Shown: piece after piece, positions 51,435-61,493 of the stretch
How the letters are laid out: each line of letters starts with the position of its first letter
Numbering within the stretch: position 1 is the stretch's first letter
Assembly: GCA_963810095.1 (NCBI GenBank)
Contig: CAWEMM010000002.1
Span: 128,001-192,000 of the forward strand
Length of the DNA: 64,000 nucleotides
Source: an uncultured Chloroflexia bacterium
GTDB taxonomy: Bacteria > Chloroflexota > Anaerolineae > CG2-30-64-16
Direction: 5' to 3'
Notes under the pieces: model-generated
The model's input: only the letters and a program-made list of their open reading frames with translations
Databases searched by the model: none
What the model was told of the DNA's origin: nothing
Program-made: the position numbers and the translations under genes

Positions 51435-52418
51435 ATGGACGACGGATACTGGGCAGCGCTTCTGCGGGACGTGGAAGAAGAGCCGGACGCCGCCCGCACG
51501 GCTGAGGGTGAAGAAGCTGGTGGAGCAGGCGGCGCCGGCGCTCGGCGTTGGGCCGTTTCGGCCGGGGCGGACAGCGAAGAAGACTGGCAGCGCGCCGAGA
51601 CCCTGCTCGCGGACGGCGAGGTGGCTGACGTTCGAATTTCCGGTTTCAACCGAGGCGGCCTGCTGGCCGATTTCGGCGCACTGCAAGGGTTTATCCCCGC
51701 ATCGCACCTCACGGCGCCATTGCCGGGCCAGTCGCAGGAGCAGCGAGCCGCGGGCCTAGCCGCGCGGATCAACGAGACGCTCGCCGTGCGCGTCGTAGAA
51801 ATCGATCGGAGCCGCTGCCGCCTGATCCTCTCCGAACGGCTTGCGCGCGATAACAGCAAGGAAGCCGCGCTTCTCGCCAGCCTGCAGCCAGGGCAGATTC
51901 ATGCGGGAGTGGTCACAAGCCTGTGTCCCTTCGGCGCATTCGTCGATTTGGGCGGCTTCGAGGGTCTGATCCACATCTCTGAGCTTTCCTGGGGCCGGGT
52001 CAGTGCGCCGTCCGACGTCGTCAACCCCGGCGATCGCGTGCGGGTGCTCGTGCTGGAGACCAATCCCGACGAGCAGAAGGTTGCATTGAGCCTCAAGCGG
52101 CTGCAGCCCGACCCGTGGCAGGGAGTCGAAGACAGGTACCATCCGGGCCAGGTCATCGAGGCCGTTGTCACCAACGTAGTCAATTTCGGCGCGTTTGCAC
52201 GGGTTGAAGAGGGACTCGAGGGCCTGATTCACGTTTCCGAGCTGGCAGAAGGCAGCTTCATGCATCCCCGTAACGTGATTCGTGAAGGCGACAAAGTGCG
52301 GGCGCGTGTCATCGCCGTGGACGGAGCGAAACGCCGGATCGCCTTGACGCTGCGACCGGTCGATCCGGGGCGGAACAGCTACGAGCCGCCGCTGCCGCCT
52401 TCGTCCTGGGAGCTCTAG
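51435..52418 (+). CDS. S1 RNA-binding domain protein (short ribosomal protein S1 paralog, 3 S1 domains)
   Basis: [56 protein letters not shown]. Confidence 0.9.
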   Translation: MDDGYWAALLRDVEEEPDAARTAEGEEAGGAGGAGARRWAVSAGADSEEDWQRAETLLADGEVADVRISGFNRGGLLADFGALQGFIPASHLTAPLPGQSQEQRAAGLAARINETLAVRVVEIDRSRCRLILSERLARDNSKEAALLASLQPGQIHAGVVTSLCPFGAFVDLGGFEGLIHISELSWGRVSAPSDVVNPGDRVRVLVLETNPDEQKVALSLKRLQPDPWQGVEDRYHPGQVIEAVVTNVVNFGAFARVEEGLEGLIHVSELAEGSFMHPRNVIREGDKVRARVIAVDGAKRRIALTLRPVDPGRNSYEPPLPPSSWEL

Positions 52419-52515
52419 CGCGGGGCTCGCGTTGCGGAGGGGGCTCGACCATCGAGGGCTCGACGATCGAGGCCTCGACGGACGAGGCACACGTGCGTCG
52501 CGAGAGGCGATTAAC

Positions 52516-54664
52516 TTGAAACCGAGCGCACAGGAAACGGCCGGTTGGGCCATTGTGGGGCTGGCCTTCGTGGCCCTGGCGTTGCTCGCATTCGACCTGG
52601 GATTAGGTGCGCCGCCCCTGCGCATCCTCTTCGGTTGGGGCGCCCTTCTGCTCGTCCCCGCGCTGGTTGCCGGCGGCTTAGCGCTCATCCTCGCAAGCCG
52701 CAGGGGTTGGCGTGTCCGCTGGGTTCCGATCGTCTGCGCCGAAGTCATCTTCCTCGCGTTACTGGGGCTCAGCCACATCTCATCGACCGCCGGGCTTGCC
52801 GACGCGCTGCTCGGAGTACGCGGCGGATTGATGGGCTGGGGCATCAGCGGATTCCTGCTCGAGTTGCTTTCCCCCGTCCTCGTCTGGCTCGTCCTGCTGC
52901 TAATCACGCTCGGTGCGCTCGCGGTCCTGCTCTACAGCCTGCCGCGGGAGTGGATTGCCGCGTCGGCCGTCGCTCGATGACCTGCTTCGCCGCGGAACGG
53001 GCCGGCCTGCCGTGCTGCTTGCCCGGCTGCGGGGCCAGCCAGCTGGCCCGCCTCCGCCGGCCGTGGCCGTCCCCAGCGGGCCCCAGCCGCTCCAGCCGAT
53101 CCCCGTCGATCTTGGCGGCGCCGCGCCCGCGAAGAAGGACCTGTCGCGCCGCCGGCGTTCCAACACCGCACAGCCGGTCGCGCGGCCCGACTGGCTGCCA
53201 CCCATGGACTACCTCAAGCCCGATCCGGCGGCGGGGGCTCCGGCCGCAGCAGGAGCCTACTCGGCCAACTCGCGCCAGAAGGCGCAGCTCATCAAGCAGA
53301 CCCTGGCCGACTTCGGCGTTCCCGTGGAGATCGTCAGCATCAAGGAGGGCCCCACGGTGACTCAGTTCGGGATTCAGCCCGGCGAGGTGGTGCTCGAGCG
53401 CGACGGCCAGACGATCCGCCGGCGTGTCTCGGTACAGCGCATCCTCAAGCTGCGTGATGACCTCGCGCTGGAGCTCGCGGCCGCCTCGCTCCGCATCGAG
53501 GCGCCTGTGCCGGGCCGGCCCTACGTTGGCATCGAGGTGGCCAACACGTCAAAGACGCTCGTCAACCTGCGCGGGGTGCTGGAGTCGGAGAGTTTCTGGG
53601 GCTCGCATGCGCCGCTGGCCGTGGGGCTCGGTCGCGACGTCTCCGGCGACCCGGTCGTCGTGGACCTGGCGCGCATGCCCCACCTCCTTATCGCGGGCGC
53701 GACGGGCTCGGGCAAGTCTGTCTGCGTGAACGCGATCATCTGCAGCCTGCTGATGAGCAACGGGCCGGAAACCGTGCGCTTCGTGATGGTCGATCCGAAA
53801 ATGGTCGAGCTGCCGGGCTACAACGGCGCGCCCCACCTGCTCGGCCCCGTCATCACCGATCCCGCGCAAGCCACGGCCGCACTCTCGTGGCTGATGCTCC
53901 AGATGGACGAGCGCTACCGGCTGTTTTCGGACGCAGGTGTGCGCAACGTCGACGACTACAACCGGAAGGCCAGGCGCTCGCGCGACAAGCGACCCCTGCC
54001 CTCCATCGTTTTGATCATCGACGAGCTGGCCGACCTGATGATGACCTCCGCGGTCGACGTCGAGCGCCAGCTCTGCCGCCTCGGGCAGATGGCGCGCGCC
54101 ACCGGCATTCACCTGGTCCTCGCCACGCAGCGGCCCTCGGTCGACGTCATCACGGGTCTCATCAAGGCCAACTTCCCGGCACGCATTGCGTTCGCCGTGA
54201 CGACCCAGATCGACAGCCGCGTGATCCTCGACACGCCGGGCGCTGAGAAGCTGCTGGGCCGCGGCGACATGCTCTTCATGGCGCCCGACTCGGCCAAGCT
54301 TGCCCGCATTCAAGGCTGTTACGTATCGGACCGTGAGATCGAGCGGGTCGTGGAGTTCTGGACGACTCGTCCGGCCAGCGACGTTACGCCGATGCCCGAG
54401 ACGCCGCCGTGGGCGGGCATGGGCGGCGGCGACCAGGACGACAAGCTCTTGCAGCAGGCGCTCCGGCTGCTGGAGGGCAAGACGCGGGTTTCCACCAGCC
54501 TGCTGCAGCGCCAGCTCCGCGTCGGCTTCCCGCGGGCCGCCCGCTTGATGGACCAGCTGGAGGACATGGGCGCCGTGGCTTCAGACGAGGGCGGCGGCCG
54601 CTCGCGCGAAGTGCTTTACCGCCCCGAGTCCGGCGGGTCTACGGCCGAAGATGCCTTTCTTTGA
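52516..54664 (+). CDS. ftsK: DNA translocase FtsK/SpoIIIE, frameshift near 52975
   Basis: N-terminal TMs; GPTVTQF, PHLLIAGATGSGKS, IIDELADLMM, HLVLATQRPSVDVITGLIKANFP, gamma domain STSLLQRQLRVGFPRAARL. Confidence 0.95.
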
Positions 54665-54688
54665 GCCCTGCCGGCCGTGGGATATAAT
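54661..54688 (+). promoter_or_regulatory. Promoter for tRNA-Val
   Basis: TTGAGC, 16 bp, TATAAT. Confidence 0.6.
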
Positions 54689-54713
54689 GCGGTCGTCCCA
54701 AGCAAAAACGCCC

Positions 54714-54787
<74 letters not shown>

Positions 54788-54793
54788 TCGATT

Positions 54794-54841
54794 GACCTGG
54801 TCCTGTCCCGCCCCCGTCGACAAGGCCAGGTTTTGTTATTT
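54794..54841 (+). terminator. Terminator-like hairpin after tRNA-Val
   Basis: GACCTGGTCCTGTC...GACAAGGCCAGGTT followed by TTGTTATTT. Confidence 0.55.
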
Positions 54842-54853
54842 GCCGGAGGTTTG

Positions 54854-56238
54854 ATGTCGCAAATGGTTTCGCCCGACCCGCGGCGCAGTCTGCCCAGCGT
54901 CGACCGCCTGATCGCGCAGCCCGAGCTGGTGTCCGCGGCCGAGATGCACGGACGGCAGGCAGTGCTCGCCGCGGCGCACCAGGTGCTGGGTGAAACGCGA
55001 TCAAGCATCGGGCCAGGGCGGCCTGCGCCCGACCTGGCAAGGCTCGTCGCGATGGTGGGCGAACGGCTCGACCAGGACGTGGCGCCGACCCTGCGATACG
55101 TCATCAACGCCACCGGCATCATTATCCACACGAACCTGGGCCGCGCGCTGCTCTCCTCGGAGGCTCGGGCGGCCATGGTCGCGGCGGCAGCCGGCTACTC
55201 CAACCTCGAGTACGACCTGGAGACGGGCAGCCGCGGCTCGCGGTATGTCCATGCCGAGGCCCTCCTGTGCAAGCTGACGGGCGCAGAGGCTGCGCTCGTC
55301 GTGAATAACAATGCCGGTGCGGTTCTGCTCGCACTCACTGCCTTGGCCCGCGGTCGCAGCGTCGTGATCTCCCGCGGCCAACTGGTCGAGATCGGCGGCG
55401 GATTTCGCATCCCCGACGTGATGCGCCAGAGCGGCGCCCGGCTTGTCGAGGTGGGCACGACCAACCGGACGCACGGCCGCGATTTCGAGAACGCCGTAGA
55501 CGCAGACACCGCGCTCCTGCTCCGCGTGCACTCTTCCAACTTCAGGCAGGTCGGCTTTACCGCGGAGGTCGCGCTGTCCGAGATGGCTGCTATCGCGCAT
55601 ACCCGCGGGATCCTGCTCGTGGACGATCTCGGCAGTGGCACGCTGCTCGACACCTCGCCATACGGGCTCGCCGCGAGCCCTTGGTGACGGAAAGCATCTC
55701 CGCCGGCGCGGACCTGGTGACGTTCAGCGGCGACAAGCTCCTCGGCGGTCCGCAGGCGGGCTTGATCGTGGGGCGGGCCGATCTCGTGGAGAAGCTGCGG
55801 AGGCACCCGCTGACACGGGCGCTGCGCGTGGACAAGGTGACGCTGGCGGGGCTGCAGGCCACGCTGTTGCACTATTACCGCGGGACCGCACTGGCCGAGA
55901 TACCGGTGTGGCAGATGATCGGCGCGCCCGCCGCGAACCTTCAACGACGCGCAGCTGCGCTGATCGCCGAGCTAGACGCCGCGGGGGTGCAGGCCCGGGG
56001 GCTTGCGCTGCAGAGCGCGGTGGGCGGCGGCTCGCTGCCCGGAGAAACCTTGCCGAGCTTCGGCTTGGCCATCGCGGGCCCGTCGCCCGATCGCCTGGGT
56101 GCGGCGCTTCGTAAGGGCAGCCCACCCGTGGCAGCGCGGATTGCCGAAGGGGAGCTCCTGGTCGACCTTCGTACCGTTCAGCCGGCCGAGGACAGTGCGC
56201 TGGCTAAGGCGCTGGTCACGGCATATTTGAGCTTGTGA
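54854..56238 (+). CDS. selA: L-seryl-tRNA(Sec) selenium transferase, frameshift near 55675
   Basis: VINATGIIIHTNLGRA, YSNLEYDL, VNNNAGA, SRGQLVEIGGGFRIPDVM, EVGTTNRT, FSGDKLLGGPQAG, RALRVDK. Confidence 0.95.
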
Positions 56239-56247
56239 GACAGGACA

Positions 56248-56650
56248 ATGAGTGAGACGCTGACGTTCCAGGCGCGCACGATCAAGGCGGGCCGCGCGGA
56301 GGGCCCGGCCCTGGTGTCCTCGGCGCCGATCGGTTTTCTGGGCGGGGTCGACCCGGACACTGGAATCGTGCTCGAGCCCGGGCACCCGCTGCAGGGCCGC
56401 ATCGATCAAAGGTTCGGTCCTCGTGTTTCCCACGGGCAAGGGCAGCACGGTCGGGTCGTATACGATCCTGCGCCTCGCCAAGAGCGGCGCAGGGCCGGTT
56501 GCGATGATTAATGAGAGCAGCGAGGCGATCGTCGCCGTCGGCGCGATCATCGCCGACGTGCCTATGGTCGACCAGGTGGACATCGGACAGATTCGCGACG
56601 GCGACTGGGTGCTGGTCGACGGCGGCACGGTGACCGTTACTCGCACGTAA
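56248..56650 (+). CDS. DUF126 / aconitase X swivel subunit (phosphomevalonate dehydratase small subunit-like), frameshift near 56400
   Basis: GRAEGPALVS..IGFLGGVDPDTG..HPLQG plus VLVFPTGKGSTVGSY..AIVAVGAIIADVPMVD. Confidence 0.88.
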
Positions 56651-56652
56651 AC

Positions 56653-56681
56653 AAACCGGGTTTCTGCCAGAAACCCGGTTT
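56653..56681. repeat. REP-like hairpin, GAAACC family
   Basis: AAACCGGGTTTCTG-C-CAGAAACCCGGTTT. Confidence 0.7.
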
Positions 56682-56694
56682 ATCGAGGATTTCA

Positions 56695-57510
56695 GTGCCA
56701 GAACTCGTGTTCCTCAAGCTCGGCGGCTCGCTACTGACCGACAAAACCCGATCCCAGGCCCTGCGGCCCGACGTCCTGGCGCGACTCGCGCTCGAGCTGG
56801 CAGACGCTCTTTCCGTCCGGCCCGACCTGCGCCTGCTGCTCGGGCACGGCAGCGGCTCCTTCGGCCACGTCGCCGCACGGGAGCACGGCACGCGGGCCGG
56901 CGTGCGCACACCTGCTCAGTGGCGCGGGTACGCCGAGGTCAGCCACGTCGCGTCCGAACTGAACCGGCTGGTGGTCGACGCGCTGTGGGCGTCGGGCGTT
57001 CCTGCACTGCGTATCCAACCCTCCGCCTCTGCTGCGTGCCACGATGGGGAACTGCGATTTCTGGCAGAGCGTCCCATAGTTGCCGCCCTGGAGAACGGGC
57101 TGGCACCCGTCGTGCACGGCGACGTAAGCATGGATGAGGTGCGGGGCGGCACGATCGTCTCGACTGAAGAGATATTCGCCTATCTCGCGCCGCGGTTGCG
57201 CCCGGCGCGTGTGGTGCTCGTGGGTGAGGTCGCGGGCGTGCTGACCGCAGACCCCGCATCTGGCGTGCGCGGAGACGTTGTCGATACTATCTCGCCGGCG
57301 TCCGCGCCCGGGCTCCTGCAGGCGCTGGGCGGCTCGCGGGGAGTTGACGTAACGGGCGGTATGGCGGCTAAGGTGAGCGAGATGCTGGCCCTCGTCCGGT
57401 CGGTTGACAGCCTGGCAGCCGTCCATATTGTGTCCGGCCTGATCCCCGGCCTGGTGCGAGATGTTCTTGTCGATCCAGACGTCGCCAGCGGCACCCGCAT
57501 CGTCAGGTAA
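56695..57510 (+). CDS. ipk: Isopentenyl phosphate kinase (amino acid kinase family)
   Basis: LKLGGSLLTDK, GHGSGSFGH (IPK-specific His), PVVHGDV, IVSTE, DVTGGMAAK. Confidence 0.9.
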   Translation: MPELVFLKLGGSLLTDKTRSQALRPDVLARLALELADALSVRPDLRLLLGHGSGSFGHVAAREHGTRAGVRTPAQWRGYAEVSHVASELNRLVVDALWASGVPALRIQPSASAACHDGELRFLAERPIVAALENGLAPVVHGDVSMDEVRGGTIVSTEEIFAYLAPRLRPARVVLVGEVAGVLTADPASGVRGDVVDTISPASAPGLLQALGGSRGVDVTGGMAAKVSEMLALVRSVDSLAAVHIVSGLIPGLVRDVLVDPDVASGTRIVR

Positions 57511-57661
57511 GCCGGCGATCGACCGATGGCCCTCCGGAAGCCTGCCTGCTGACGGCGAGGCTTTTGTAACATATCATCGGAATGGATATAATGAATGTCC
57601 GCGCGATCTACGGTGGAGCCGGTGGCTCGCTGCAGGCGCGTGGAGCAAATGTGAGGACTAG

Positions 57662-58753
57662 ATGTTACTGACCGTCATCTCGTTCATCCTCGTGATGGGC
57701 ATCGTTGTTTTTGTGCACGAACTCGGCCACCTGCTGGCAGCAAAGCGCAACGGCATCGTCGTAGAAGAATTTGGGCTGGGATATCCTCCGCGGGTACTCA
57801 AGCTCTTCGAGCGCGGGGGCACCGTCTACACGCTGAACGCCATCCCGTTTGGTGGGTTCGCCCGTATGCGTGGCGAGGACGACCCGACGGAGCCGGGCAG
57901 TTTTGCGGCCGCGTCCCGGATGGCGCGCTTCAAGGCGCTCGCTGCCGGACCGCTGATGAATTTCTTGCTGGCAATTATCCTGTTCAGTATCCTGGGCCTC
58001 GTCCAGGGGATGCCCGACGAGAGCAAGCCCGGCGCCGTCGTCAAGGGTCTCATCGCCGGCGCGCCTGCTGCAGCGGCGGGACTGCGCGTCGAGGACCGGA
58101 TCGTCGCGGCCGATGGCCAACCGATCGCGGCCATGACCGACCTGCAGACGTACACGATGGCCCACCTGGGCCAGCCGGTGCGCTACACCGTCGTCCGCCC
58201 AGGCCAGGGCGGCGACGAGACTCTCGTCGTCACAGTCACACCCCGGGCAAATCCGCCGAAGAATGAGGGCGCACTTGGCATCCAGATCGGCACGGCCATG
58301 CGCCCGACGAAGGTTTGGGAAGCCGGGTGGTCGGGCGTGAAATCGGTCGCGAACATCATCTACATGACCTTCTCGATTCCGGCGACCTTGCTGCGCGAGG
58401 GCAAGCCGATCAGCGATGCGGGGTTCATGGGCCCTGTGGGTATCGCTGCGACGACCGGGCAGTTCGTGCGCTTGGGGATTTCCAGTGCATCGATCCAGCC
58501 AATCCTGTACTTTATCGCGGTCATCAGCGCAGCCCTGGGACTGACGAACCTGCTGCCCATACCGGCGCTTGACGGCGGCCGCCTGCTCTTCCTGTTCATC
58601 GAGATGATTCGCGGCCGGCGCATCGAGCCGGCGCGCGAAGGCATGGTGCACCTGATCGGTTTCGGTTTGCTCTTGCTGCTGGTGGGCGTACTCACCGTGC
58701 GCGAGATTGGCTCGCTCATTAACGGCACGTTCCCCACGATCGGCTTGCCGTAA
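57662..58753 (+). CDS. rseP: RIP metalloprotease RseP (M50, PDZ)
   Basis: VHELGH, NAIPFGGFARM, AGPLMN, PDZ domain, NLLPIPALDGG. Confidence 0.93.
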   Translation: MLLTVISFILVMGIVVFVHELGHLLAAKRNGIVVEEFGLGYPPRVLKLFERGGTVYTLNAIPFGGFARMRGEDDPTEPGSFAAASRMARFKALAAGPLMNFLLAIILFSILGLVQGMPDESKPGAVVKGLIAGAPAAAAGLRVEDRIVAADGQPIAAMTDLQTYTMAHLGQPVRYTVVRPGQGGDETLVVTVTPRANPPKNEGALGIQIGTAMRPTKVWEAGWSGVKSVANIIYMTFSIPATLLREGKPISDAGFMGPVGIAATTGQFVRLGISSASIQPILYFIAVISAALGLTNLLPIPALDGGRLLFLFIEMIRGRRIEPAREGMVHLIGFGLLLLLVGVLTVREIGSLINGTFPTIGLP

Positions 58754-58831
58754 GGCTCCTGACAAGTTGACGCTCGGGCCCGGATCGGCTCAACCCGGGC
58801 GTCAACCACCCCCTCCACCGAGGATTGTCGC

Positions 58832-60223
58832 ATGTATTGTAGACGCTGCGGGGCGACCCTCCACCAGGGTGTCGTCGTCTGCCCCGAATGCGGGGCCCGC
58901 CAGCGCCGCGGCATCAGTTCCGTCCGCTGTGCGCGTTGTGGTCACCGTGTATCGCTGGGCTTGACCGTGTGCCCCCACTGCGGTCGAGACGTGCACCCCG
59001 CCGGGCCGCGCTGGGGCTTGTGGCTGGCCGGTTTCGCCGTGATCGCCGTGGCGGCCCTTTGGGGTCTCGGCGAGCTACCTGTCGACCGGATCAAGACCGA
59101 GGTTGCCTCGATGCGGACGCAGGTCTCGCGGGTCGTCCAGTTCCTGGGACCTGTCGCCTCCCCGACAACCGTGCCCACCCGCAGGCCGACGGCCCAGGCA
59201 GTCGCCGCGCTGCCCGACACCCCCACGCCGACGCCGACGAAGGTCGTGCCGCCTGTGAGTGAGGTCGAGCCAACGCCGCAGCCGACGCCAGACACCCCGA
59301 CACCGGACGCGACGGCTGCCTTCAATCTGCCGGCGCTGACCCCGACGTCGAGTCCCACGCTGGAACCAACGTCGACGGAGACCCCGGCGCCGACGAGCAC
59401 TGCCACGACCGAGCCGACCGCGACGCCAACCACCACCCCGCCACCCCCGCCCAGCGGCCGGGTGACCTACAAGGTGAAGTCGGGCGATACACTCTCGAGC
59501 ATTGCGGCGAAGTACGGCGTTACGTGGCAGGCACTGGCCGATGCGAACAAGCTAACCAGCCGCTCGACGCTGCGTATCGGGCAGGAGTTGGTGATTCCTG
59601 TGGCCGGCAGCGCGGCCCAGCCCGCACCGACAGCCGCGCCCAGCGGTGCCGGCACCAAATACAAGGTGAAGTCGGGCGATTCGCTGTCGAGTATCGCGAC
59701 GCAGTTCGGCATCACCTGGCAGGTACTGGCGGCCGCGAACGGCCTGACCGCGCAGTCGCGGCTGAGCGTTGGACAGGAGCTAACAATTCCGGGCAAGGAG
59801 GGCGCGCCGCAGGCTGCCTCCACAGCTCCGCCCCCGCCAACCGCCACCCGCCCGCCGGCGCCGACAGCGGTCGCTTTGCTGGCCGCGCCGCGCATCGTCG
59901 ACCCGGCCGACCAGGCATCGTACGGCGGCGGGCGCACCGAAATCTATCTGAGTTGGAAGCAAGTGGATGAGGTGCCGTCGGGGGCCGGGTACCGTGTCTC
60001 GATCCAGTGGACCGAGCAGGGCGTGCCGATGGAGTACCTTGTGCCGGTAACGAATGCGACCAGCATCCGCATGCCTTCGTGGCTGTTCGAACGGGCCGAC
60101 CAACCCACCCGCAAGTACTTGTGGTCGGTCAGGGTGGTGCAGCCGACGACCGACGGGCAGGGCAGGGAGAAGGATCTCCTGTTGAGCCCGGCGAGTGAAA
60201 CGCGCGTCTTGTATTGGTATTGA
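58832..60223 (+). CDS. Double zinc-ribbon, TM, Pro/Thr linker, 2x LysM protein
   Basis: Four CxxC pairs; one TM; two YKVKSGD(T/S)LSSIA..L.IP LysM repeats. Confidence 0.9.
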   Translation: MYCRRCGATLHQGVVVCPECGARQRRGISSVRCARCGHRVSLGLTVCPHCGRDVHPAGPRWGLWLAGFAVIAVAALWGLGELPVDRIKTEVASMRTQVSRVVQFLGPVASPTTVPTRRPTAQAVAALPDTPTPTPTKVVPPVSEVEPTPQPTPDTPTPDATAAFNLPALTPTSSPTLEPTSTETPAPTSTATTEPTATPTTTPPPPPSGRVTYKVKSGDTLSSIAAKYGVTWQALADANKLTSRSTLRIGQELVIPVAGSAAQPAPTAAPSGAGTKYKVKSGDSLSSIATQFGITWQVLAAANGLTAQSRLSVGQELTIPGKEGAPQAASTAPPPPTATRPPAPTAVALLAAPRIVDPADQASYGGGRTEIYLSWKQVDEVPSGAGYRVSIQWTEQGVPMEYLVPVTNATSIRMPSWLFERADQPTRKYLWSVRVVQPTTDGQGREKDLLLSPASETRVLYWY

Positions 60224-60252
60224 TGATTCAACCAGAGTGGATTCTGTGAGAT

Positions 60253-61479
60253 ATGAGCCAGGAATTTGAATCGGTACTGACCCAGTTGGCCGACGCGAGC
60301 CGGCCCGTTCGTTCGATCGATCTCTTCCCGTTGTCCGACATCGGGCGAGAGCGGTTGCCTCACTTCGCGGGCACGTGGAGCGGTCTGGACGGGCCGCGGC
60401 GCCTTGAGTTAGTGCAGGTGTTGGTCGAGCAGGCCGAGGCGAACATTCACCTCAATTTCCATGCGATCCTGCGTTCGCTGCTGACAGACGCCGACGCAGA
60501 GGTGCGCCGTCTCGCCATCGAGGGGCTGTGGGAGGACGAGAAGCCGAGCCTTATCGCACCCCTGATTGCCCTCTTGCGAGAGGACCCGTCGGCCGAGGTG
60601 CGCGCCTCGGCCGCCAGCTCGCTCGGCCGCTATGTGTTGTTGGGCGTGCTGGAGGAGATCGGGATTGAGGCTGCCTCGTCGGCCGAGTCGGCGCTGCACG
60701 AAACCTGGTTCCGCGAGGGCGAGGTCAATGCGGTGCGCCGGCGCGCACTCGAAGGGTTGGCGTTCGGCTCGCTTCCCGACTTGAACGAGCTGATCCTTAA
60801 CGCCTACTATGATGACGACGAGTCCATGCGGCAGAGCGCGCTTTTTGCCATGGGCCGCACAGCCGACGGCCGGTGGTCGAAGGTGGTGCTGAGCGAGCTC
60901 GACAGCCATGAGCCGGCGATGCGGTTCGATGCGGCGCAGGCAGCGGGCGAAATGGGCCTGCGCCGCGCGGTGCAGCCGTTGATCCGCCACCTTGACGATC
61001 CGGACGAATCGGTGCGCGAGGCCGCGGTGGCGGCGCTCGGCAAGATCGGCGGCCCGGTCGCCAAGAGGGCGCTGCAGGTGGTGCTGAAGCTGGACGACGA
61101 AGCGCTGGCCCAGGCAGCAGACGATGCGCTGGCCGAGCTGGCGTTCAACGCCGAAGCGGAAGAAGCGGCGCTGGAGGCAGGCGGCAACGGCAGGCCGCGC
61201 GCCGGTCACGAGCGCGACGACGAGGATTTCGACTACGAAGGCGATGAGGACGATCCGGACGACCTTGAGGAAGACGAAGACTCTGACTGGAACGACGAGT
61301 TCGAGGACGACGGGGGCGATCTGGAGTGGGCCGGCGAGGACGAAGACGACCTGGCCTGGGAGGATGACGACGACGAGGCCGAGGACGGCGTGATCCTCGA
61401 CGAAGACTCCGATGACCTCGACTTCGACGAAGACGATGAAGCGGAAGACGGCGCCTCACGCCAACACCGGCAAAGATGA
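60253..61479 (+). CDS. HEAT repeat protein with a long acidic C-terminal tail
   Basis: Repeats LTDADAEVRRLAIEGL, EDPSAEVRASAASSLG, LDDPDESVREAAVAALGKIGG; D/E-rich tail. Confidence 0.9.
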   Translation: MSQEFESVLTQLADASRPVRSIDLFPLSDIGRERLPHFAGTWSGLDGPRRLELVQVLVEQAEANIHLNFHAILRSLLTDADAEVRRLAIEGLWEDEKPSLIAPLIALLREDPSAEVRASAASSLGRYVLLGVLEEIGIEAASSAESALHETWFREGEVNAVRRRALEGLAFGSLPDLNELILNAYYDDDESMRQSALFAMGRTADGRWSKVVLSELDSHEPAMRFDAAQAAGEMGLRRAVQPLIRHLDDPDESVREAAVAALGKIGGPVAKRALQVVLKLDDEALAQAADDALAELAFNAEAEEAALEAGGNGRPRAGHERDDEDFDYEGDEDDPDDLEEDEDSDWNDEFEDDGGDLEWAGEDEDDLAWEDDDDEAEDGVILDEDSDDLDFDEDDEAEDGASRQHRQR

Positions 61480-61493
61480 CATCTGGGGCCTGA

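Noticed and set aside
54854-56238. Selenoprotein (in-frame UGA) genes near selA
   Set aside because: The ORF breaks I examined are frame changes, not in-frame TGA read-through; no tRNA-Sec or SECIS-associated ORF recognised
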